From the NCBI GenBank assembly GCA_045541995.1, contig JAZQKE010000002.1, forward strand, positions 36,399 through 100,398: DNA of 64,000 nt, given 5' to 3'. Positions 57,937 to 64,000 of this stretch are shown in pieces. This DNA comes from Candidatus Nanosyncoccus sp. (GTDB taxonomy: Bacteria; Patescibacteriota; Saccharimonadia; Saccharimonadales; Saccharimonadaceae). Under the pieces are notes generated by a model, which was not told the origin of the DNA, searched no databases, and saw nothing but the letters and a program-made list of their open reading frames with translations. A program made the translations under genes and the position numbers. The first letter of the stretch is position 1, and each line of letters begins with the position of its first letter.

Positions 57937-57947
57937 TGGTGGGGGCG
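57937..57947 (-). repeat. tRNA 3'-end duplication CGCCCCCACCA (att core R1)
   Basis: TGGTGGGGGCG on +. Confidence 0.9.
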
Positions 57948-58036
57948 AATTGTTCAGGCATTAACAATCTATAAGGAAGATATCCGCGAAAAGTGGCGAC
58001 TTGCGTCTCATGATATAATAGTAGAAAGGAGAATAG

Positions 58037-58696
58037 ATGATAGATTCTAAAGCATGGAACTGGAATATGGTAAAAGGCGACCACGAAAAATATTGGCAAG
58101 AGCCAGCGACGGAATCCTATTATCTCATCAACCGATGGCTTTCCCAGAACAAAAGCGATTTCCTCGATCTCGGTTGCGGGCTAGGAAGACATACTATTCA
58201 ATTTGCCAAAGCAGGGTTTAATACTTCTGGGTTTGATTTAAGCGAAACATCGATCGAAAGAACAGAAGAGTACGCTGAGCAAGCAGGAGTAAAAGTCGAT
58301 TTACGAGTTGGCGATATGCTGAACCTGCCGTACGGTGACGATAGTTTCGATTGCATTTATTGTCGCAACGTAATATCTCATACTGATACAGCGGGAATGA
58401 GAAAAATTGTTTCTGAGCTAAAACGAGTCTTGAGAAAAGGCGGGGAGTGTTATTTGACTTTGGGTTCAAAGCAGACCTGGGGCTTTCAGCAAGATTGGCC
58501 GGTGGTGGACGAGAACACAAAAATTAGAGTTGAGGATGGACCAGAGAATGGCATACCACATTTTTATGCTGACTATGATCTAATCGTAGATTTATTCAGG
58601 GACTTTGAAATCGTGAAAGTTTTTCAAGTTGAAGAGTTTATTACGAAAGAGCGAACCACTAGCTCATATCACTATCACGTACTAATCAGAAAATAA
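58037..58696 (+). CDS. Class I SAM-dependent methyltransferase
   Basis: FLDLGCGLGRH, GFDLS, VGDMLNLPYGDDSFDCI, RVLRKGG; SD AAGGAG. Confidence 0.9.
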   Translation: MIDSKAWNWNMVKGDHEKYWQEPATESYYLINRWLSQNKSDFLDLGCGLGRHTIQFAKAGFNTSGFDLSETSIERTEEYAEQAGVKVDLRVGDMLNLPYGDDSFDCIYCRNVISHTDTAGMRKIVSELKRVLRKGGECYLTLGSKQTWGFQQDWPVVDENTKIRVEDGPENGIPHFYADYDLIVDLFRDFEIVKVFQVEEFITKERTTSSYHYHVLIRK

Positions 58697-58863
58697 TAAC
58701 CTGATTTTAGGGTATTAACAGATGAATTTATAGGGGTAAAAATGTGCTTCCAAAGCACATTTTTCGTGCTAAATCGGTGCAAAATAGCATACTAGGACTT
58801 AGATGGTACTTAACAGAAAATTACTACTAAAAAATCGGCTAAAATGCCGAGTTAGATATAATC

Positions 58864-58939
58864 TGGTGGGGGCGGCTGGGTTCGAACCAGCGACCAATCG
58901 GTTATGAGCCGACTGCTCTAACCCCTGAGCTACGCCCCC
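58864..58939 (-). tRNA. tRNA with CAU anticodon, most likely tRNA-Ile2 (lysidine-modified); elongator Met not excluded
   Basis: GGGGGCGTAGCTCAGGGGTTAGAGCAGTCGGCT-CAT-AACCGATTGGTCGCTGGTTCGAACCCAGCCGCCCCCACCA: 76 nt, full cloverleaf, encoded CCA, G1-C72 paired (not initiator), resembles ileX-type tRNAs; TGCTATAAT promoter at 58953-58961 (-). Confidence 0.93.
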
Positions 58940-58987
58940 AAGAGCTAGACTAATTATAGCAAAAACTGGTATAATAGAAAAGCACAA

Positions 58988-59422
58988 ATGGAAAACATTA
59001 AAACCAAATTTCGTAGACTTGGATACCGCATCAAACGCTGGTTTAATCAGGATCGCATGGTTTTTTTGGTGGCTATCGCCATGTGTCTAATCTGGACCTG
59101 GGGTGCTATTTCTGCGATGACCAGAAACTGGGATCTAGAACAGCGTCTTACCTCTCGGCGCCAGGAGCTAGCTTTGCTACAACTAGAAATCGATTCACTA
59201 GAGCTAGAGAATCGTTATTACGCCTCGGATGAGTATCAAGAGCTAATTGCCCGCGCGAAGCAAAACAAGCTCAATGATGGCGAGACTCTAATATACCTGC
59301 CAGAAAACAGCAATTTCGCCAAAAACAAGCACGACGATACTACAGAGGAGCGTCCAATTACCGAAGAGCCGTCTAATTTCGAGCAATGGTTTACCTTTAT
59401 CTTTGGCTCACAAAAGTCTTAA
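58988..59422 (+). CDS. Septum formation initiator (FtsB/DivIC-like)
   Basis: One TM, a leucine coiled coil, then DEYQELIAR.K......GETLIYLP. Confidence 0.7.
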   Translation: MENIKTKFRRLGYRIKRWFNQDRMVFLVAIAMCLIWTWGAISAMTRNWDLEQRLTSRRQELALLQLEIDSLELENRYYASDEYQELIARAKQNKLNDGETLIYLPENSNFAKNKHDDTTEERPITEEPSNFEQWFTFIFGSQKS

Positions 59423-59472
59423 TTTAGCCTTAAATCATTGAATTTTTATTTCGCTTGTGGTTTAATTAAGAT

Positions 59473-60195
59473 ATGGAAAGGGAAGGTAATACTGCGGAGC
59501 AGCCTATTGCTCCAGATTTGTCTACAGAGCCAACAGATAGCAGTGTGGCTGTAGATACTACGACAGAAACATCGAGTCATCAAACAACACCAGAGGCAGT
59601 TCAGACAGCCCAACCGACACAAACGGAAGAAGCAAATAAACAAACCTCTCCGCAGCCACGCAAAAATAAAAAACGCATTGGCATCATCGCCGGTATTGCT
59701 GTAGCTGTTCTCCTAATTATCGCCGGTATTGCTGCTTTAGCGATTAATTTAACAAACAAAAATCAGGTAGCCCCAGCTGCAAGCGACGCTACAGTAAAAG
59801 ATATTACTAAGGAAATCAACCAACTTTCCGAAAATTCCAATATCGACGGTCTAATTTATTATATTAATGACATAACGACTACCAAGAACGATGGGTCTTC
59901 ACACCAGAACCTGACAAATCAAGATATGGGCGATATCTATAAAAGCGGAATGATGTCAATCATGAACTACATTAACAAAAACCAAGATTTAGGCTCTGAA
60001 CAAAAAGACAACTACACCTCTACCGCCATCAGTTACGCACACTCCGCAGATGATATGCTTCAAACCGGCGGCTCTGCTGCTAGCGTCTACGTGGCCGAGA
60101 GCGCTTTTGGTAATATGGAAGTCGCAAATCAATACTTACAGCTAGCCAAAGAACGTGGGATTAATTACAATATCGAACCAGAAGGGCAAGAATAA
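59473..60195 (+). CDS. Membrane-anchored hypothetical protein
   Basis: Acidic T/E/Q-rich N-terminus, KKR + TM, helical C-domain. Confidence 0.75.
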   Translation: MEREGNTAEQPIAPDLSTEPTDSSVAVDTTTETSSHQTTPEAVQTAQPTQTEEANKQTSPQPRKNKKRIGIIAGIAVAVLLIIAGIAALAINLTNKNQVAPAASDATVKDITKEINQLSENSNIDGLIYYINDITTTKNDGSSHQNLTNQDMGDIYKSGMMSIMNYINKNQDLGSEQKDNYTSTAISYAHSADDMLQTGGSAASVYVAESAFGNMEVANQYLQLAKERGINYNIEPEGQE

Positions 60196-60197
60196 AT

Positions 60198-63100
60198 ATG
60201 ATACAAAATATAATCCAAAACAACAAAGTTATGATTAAGGGGATTTTAGCTTTCGCGGTAATGACAGCTGCTGGTTTTTTAGGCGTTCAGAATGTTTCAG
60301 CGCTAAGCTGTGATTCCAACGAGTCTACTTGGTGGGCCTGTAATACATGTAAGTCTGCTCACTGTGGCGCTACCTGGTTTAATAGTAGTAGCTGGGGAGA
60401 CGAGAGTAATACCCTAAATGTCAAGCCAGGCTCTATAGATGCTACTGGTTATATCCACGGCGCAGTCTATACCAGAGATAGCTCAGCAGAATATTCGCCT
60501 ACCGCCCATGATGTTTGGGTTTTAAGCTGGTTACCAGAAGGCGGCATCCCAGATGCACGTGGTGATTTTGATCCCGTACCGTATGCTGCTAGCTATATTT
60601 ACAATGGCCAAGGAAATGATCTATACCGTGGGAATGAAGGACCAAACGGTTCCTTTAGTACACATTGGGAAGGTAGCAGCATCCCGTTTGCGTTTTATGT
60701 CAAAGATTTCTTAAGAGGCGCTCAGCGTAGTGGTAATACTTTCTCGCGTACGGAACACATTTATCGTTGTTATTTTGCTGATAAAGGTTGCGATGCAACT
60801 CCAACCACTATTAACGTTGAAATCGAACAAACTATTATACCACAAGTAAAACATGATTACTATAGGGTCGCCTATCAAGGTAAGATCTCCCTCAAAAATG
60901 ACGACAACTCCCCCCTGTATGAACATGGATCCATACTTAGCTCCAATAGCTGGCCAGAATATGCTGGTTGGGGCGATGAAAATTCCTATGTGGATGTTAA
61001 TCTCTATACCCCCAAAGAATCTGGCCAAAAACTCCGCTCCATGTATGAACTTAGATGGCAGTGCAACGACTGGGATGGTGTATGCTGGTGGAAAAACCAC
61101 GAAACCTCATATTATCACGTAGACTACTGCTATTATGGACTATGTAACAACTGGTATACACAATATGCCTACCGTAGCGAAATTGCCGGTGGTGAAACTG
61201 GTAGAGGAAACTTTACTGTAGGTGGCCGTGGTGGACAAGGCCAAGTTACATCTCAAAAAACTAAGACCATTAATTCTATTCCTTATGGCACCTACCAATT
61301 CTATACAGAAAATCTCCAATACACAAGCATAGGTATGAACCATAAAGACGCAGATGAAGTCCTATATTCTTACATCGATGACGAAGGTGAAGAACATGTC
61401 GTTAATTATGCAACAATTACCAACGTAGGAGAACCGGACAACACTCTAAACGCCACCCGTAATCTTACAACCATCATTCGTAACCCATACAACTTCACCA
61501 CATCTGTCAGCTCTGCTATTAACGGTGGCAATGGTTCAACTGTCTTAGGTGGCAGTACCGCTACTCTACAGCTATCTGCCAATATCAAATCCCGTACTCA
61601 GCAGGACAGTGTTGCCAGCGCCGAAGTTGGTTTCCCATACTATACCAAGGTACCAGAAGACACCAAAGTAACTGCTGCAAAATTCATTCTCAAACAAGAT
61701 GTTGATGCCAACAGCGTCAACGATCTGCTAAAAGATAGGTTCGAGGTTAATAAATACCAGGTAGCCGATGATAATATCTGTAATTATCTTAACACTACTT
61801 TTGGTTCGAATATCGTTAAGGCGGGTGATACAGAAAGTGATAATAGCTGCCAGACGCTATTTACCGAGGATAGCAACAGTATTAACAATAACATCGGTGA
61901 GACTGGTTGGAATACCAGCGCCAATAATGCAGTAGCTAATAATGGTGTTTCCGCCATCACTGATGAGCACAAGAGCTTTTCTGTCTCTATTCCAGACATA
62001 GAGGATGGTTACAAGTACTGCACTGTTATTGGCATCAAGCACTCTAATAGTGGTGGTCGTGATGGTGGATACTTATTCCCATACTCTATCAACGACAACT
62101 GGCACCTCTCCAACATTTCCTGTCGCACCATTGCCAAGGTTCCATCTTTCCAGACTTGGGGCAATATCTACACTAGCGGCGGCATCAGTACTACTACCGT
62201 CAAAAAGATTCCAGACGCCAATATCAAGACCCCAGCCGAGTCTCAAAAGTACCTCTTTGGTTCCTGGTCCGAGACCTTCTCCCTCGCCAATAAAGACATT
62301 AAGAATTTCGGCACCGGCGCCTCCCTTGGTTATCTTAACAATAATCTCGGCGGCCTTCCGATTGCAGATTCCAATAACAAGATGAATTACTGCAATATCG
62401 TCAACATGACTATTGCCAACACTCGTTGCAATAGCGGCATCGGCGGTAATGCTGGTAATATTGTTGTCTCCAACGAGGATTTCCTTAATAAGTTTGTCGC
62501 TCACTACGCTACCACCACCACCGAGCAATTAGACCGCGTGACAGATACCGTTAGCTATTACAAGGCCAAAGGTAATGCCACCTTTAATGATACATCTGCT
62601 TTGGCAGACAATGGTTATCGTCTTGGCAATGGTGTAATTTCTCTCAATAATAACACCCTGATCTACCAGGTTGATGGTAATCTTACTATTAACCACAATG
62701 TCTGTACTGGTTACCCAACCGAAAGAGATCAATGTAATAATGGCACCAATGATCATTATATCTACAACTTCTATAATCTAGACAATGCCAATGTGCCATA
62801 CAATGCCAGCAGTGACAAAATTCCACAGATTATTATCATCGCCAGCGGCGATATCAATATTGATAAAAGCGTCACAGAAATTGATGCCTGGCTTTACTCA
62901 GGTGGTACCATCAAAACTTGTTACAACGGTAATCTAGGTGATGATTCCTGTGGCGAGCCACTCATTGTCCATGGTCCAGTCTTTGCTAAGAATCTCGAGC
63001 TTCATCGCACTTATGGCTCTGCTGATGCCAGGCGTTGGGAAGGAAACTTTGATAATGACAGTAGGTTCTTCTATTCTGGTGCCGCCACACCAGCAGAAAT

Positions 63101-63206
63101 CTTCGAGCTTCGCTCAGATGTCTATCAGTGGATTTACCAGCAAACCAGTACCGATAATAAAAACGCTAATGTCCGTTACATGCGTGAACTATCACCGCGG
63201 TATTAG
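60198..63206 (+). CDS. Large secreted Cys-rich protein, candidate type IV pilus-associated adhesin
   Basis: Signal peptide, 1002 aa with many Cys pairs, C-terminal GDINIDKSVTEIDAWLYSGGTIKTC...PAEIFELR; directly upstream of a prepilin. Confidence 0.6.
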   Translation: MIQNIIQNNKVMIKGILAFAVMTAAGFLGVQNVSALSCDSNESTWWACNTCKSAHCGATWFNSSSWGDESNTLNVKPGSIDATGYIHGAVYTRDSSAEYSPTAHDVWVLSWLPEGGIPDARGDFDPVPYAASYIYNGQGNDLYRGNEGPNGSFSTHWEGSSIPFAFYVKDFLRGAQRSGNTFSRTEHIYRCYFADKGCDATPTTINVEIEQTIIPQVKHDYYRVAYQGKISLKNDDNSPLYEHGSILSSNSWPEYAGWGDENSYVDVNLYTPKESGQKLRSMYELRWQCNDWDGVCWWKNHETSYYHVDYCYYGLCNNWYTQYAYRSEIAGGETGRGNFTVGGRGGQGQVTSQKTKTINSIPYGTYQFYTENLQYTSIGMNHKDADEVLYSYIDDEGEEHVVNYATITNVGEPDNTLNATRNLTTIIRNPYNFTTSVSSAINGGNGSTVLGGSTATLQLSANIKSRTQQDSVASAEVGFPYYTKVPEDTKVTAAKFILKQDVDANSVNDLLKDRFEVNKYQVADDNICNYLNTTFGSNIVKAGDTESDNSCQTLFTEDSNSINNNIGETGWNTSANNAVANNGVSAITDEHKSFSVSIPDIEDGYKYCTVIGIKHSNSGGRDGGYLFPYSINDNWHLSNISCRTIAKVPSFQTWGNIYTSGGISTTTVKKIPDANIKTPAESQKYLFGSWSETFSLANKDIKNFGTGASLGYLNNNLGGLPIADSNNKMNYCNIVNMTIANTRCNSGIGGNAGNIVVSNEDFLNKFVAHYATTTTEQLDRVTDTVSYYKAKGNATFNDTSALADNGYRLGNGVISLNNNTLIYQVDGNLTINHNVCTGYPTERDQCNNGTNDHYIYNFYNLDNANVPYNASSDKIPQIIIIASGDINIDKSVTEIDAWLYSGGTIKTCYNGNLGDDSCGEPLIVHGPVFAKNLELHRTYGSADARRWEGNFDNDSRFFYSGAATPAEIFELRSDVYQWIYQQTSTDNKNANVRYMRELSPRY

Positions 63207-63222
63207 TTAGGAGATTAGGCTA

Positions 63223-64000
63223 GTGGGAAGCAAGAAATTAAAAAACAAAAAAGGGTTTACCTTAATCGAGGTTACCCTTTTTCTTGCACTCACTGTCGCC
63301 CTCTTTTTCCCGCTCGTAGTTGGCACATCTACTAGTATCTCTAGACAGCGTTATCAGGATGCGGTCAACGATATTTATTCCTATCTTCAGAACACCTATT
63401 CAGAAGTAGAAAATCTCGTCAATGCTAATGGTGGCAGTAATGATCGTAGTTCTTGTACACTAGCCTCGTCCATCGCCACTGCCAACAATAGAAACAGCAG
63501 TCTGGCTTCGTCACGCCCAGAGGACCTTTCTTTTGGCCGCAGCAACTGTGCAATTTATGGTAAAGTTTTCTTCTTCTTACCTACAGAAGATAGTACTTAT
63601 AGCGATTCTGGCAAAACTACTCATACAATTGTCTCGTATGATGTTCTTGGCGATATTATTAGCTACAACAATGATCTTTCTGAGGATGTGAACGATATTT
63701 CTGCCGCCTTGCGTGCTGCGCACGCTGATTATCTTACTTGCGAATCAGGCCAGATTGTGCCTGCCGGAGCCACCACCTATCACACGCTCCAGTGGGACAG
63801 CTCAGTAGAAACCACCTCACCCGATCACGTGCCTTTCCAAGGAGCGTTGCTTATTGTCCGCTCCCCACTTAATGGTGCAATCAATTCATTATTTATTAAC
63901 ACCAACGATGTTAATGATAGTAATAATATTGTCTCAGCTATTAACTCTATTCGGGAAGGTGGATCATTTGGTTGTAGCGCTGGCAGTGGCAGTATCGCCA
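63223..64000 (+). CDS. Type IV prepilin/pseudopilin-like protein (3' truncated by the window; not in ORF track)
   Basis: GTG 63223 after SD AGGAG; MGSKKLKNKKG|FTLIEVTLFLALTVALFF class III signal; frame open to the end of the window. Confidence 0.85.
   Translation, partial: MGSKKLKNKKGFTLIEVTLFLALTVALFFPLVVGTSTSISRQRYQDAVNDIYSYLQNTYSEVENLVNANGGSNDRSSCTLASSIATANNRNSSLASSRPEDLSFGRSNCAIYGKVFFFLPTEDSTYSDSGKTTHTIVSYDVLGDIISYNNDLSEDVNDISAALRAAHADYLTCESGQIVPAGATTYHTLQWDSSVETTSPDHVPFQGALLIVRSPLNGAINSLFINTNDVNDSNNIVSAINSIREGGSFGCSAGSGSIA

Larger units (their letters stand above)
55264..57946. mobile_element. Integrase-less tRNA-targeted mini-islet 2 (~2.7 kb; AAA-CYTH gene, hypothetical gene, candidate sRNA)
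   Basis: Bounded by tRNA 3'-end repeats; left arm GAATTGTCCAAGCATTAACAATCTA..GAAGATATC; ~155-bp right arm homologous to that of islet 1. Confidence 0.75.
57937..58873. mobile_element. Integrase-less tRNA-targeted mini-islet 1 (~0.93 kb; single methyltransferase gene)
   Basis: Lies between repeat R1 and the intact tRNA; same left arm and ~158-bp right arm as islet 2. Confidence 0.75.

Noticed and set aside
57937-57971. Xer/dif site
   Set aside because: The inverted repeat has an 8-nt spacer and does not match the XerC/XerD arm consensus beyond TTAAC; it is also near oriC rather than the terminus
53559-58873. CRISPR array interpretation of the recurring TGGTGGGGGC repeats
   Set aside because: Spacing is 0.9-2.7 kb and irregular, spacers contain whole genes, the repeat is a tRNA 3' end, and no cas genes are present
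57803-58987. ORFs 57803-58099(-), 58218-58520(-) and 58799-58987(-)
   Set aside because: They run through the att arms, the tRNA or antisense to the methyltransferase; their shared peptide text simply mirrors the DNA repeat
52-63210. Numerous 60-200 aa alternate-frame and antisense ORFs inside long genes
   Set aside because: They are shadows of well-supported genes, with no motifs or independent expression signals
60198-64000. Diversity-generating retroelement target (common in CPR)
   Set aside because: No reverse transcriptase and no template/variable repeat pair differing at adenines was seen in the window
1-64000. Alternative genetic code 25 (TGA=Gly) as in Gracilibacteria/Absconditabacteria
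   Set aside because: Core genes are full length under code 11 and several end in TGA with ATGA coupling

Overview
This is a 64-kb bacterial chromosome segment in genetic code 11 (TGA is used as a stop). It most likely comes from Candidatus Saccharibacteria (Patescibacteria/CPR), inferred from gene content. In order it holds: (1) a Gram-positive-type T4SS locus (VirB6/TrbL-like, PrgI, VirB4) with two multi-domain peptidoglycan hydrolases, 1-14.6 kb; (2) the recF-dnaN-oriC-dnaA-rpmH-[ABC pair]-rnpA-yidC-jag origin region; (3) an LCP protein, a LexA DNA-binding-domain-only protein, a SufS-like enzyme, a membrane thioredoxin-fold protein and a lysozyme-like/ricin-lectin surface protein; (4) a ~17-kb surface-glycan locus (GT2/GT4/GT-C, glf, wzm/wzt, galE, priming transferase, O-antigen-ligase-like, GtrA); (5) pta, murC and murI; (6) a tandem array of three integrase-less mini-islets anchored at a tRNA-CAU 3' end, 53.5-58.9 kb; (7) an FtsB-like protein, a large secreted protein and a prepilin cut by the window edge. 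The strongest candidate for an undescribed system is the tRNA-anchored cassette array, which has position-conserved TTAAC arm boxes. Also notable are pervasive leaderless-type promoter/start architecture, an apparent lack of GC-skew inversion at a textbook oriC, and a shared Cys-bracketed modular design in the T4SS-linked hydrolases. Family calls come from motifs I recognised by eye. No database search was run. Base counts are small hand counts and approximate.
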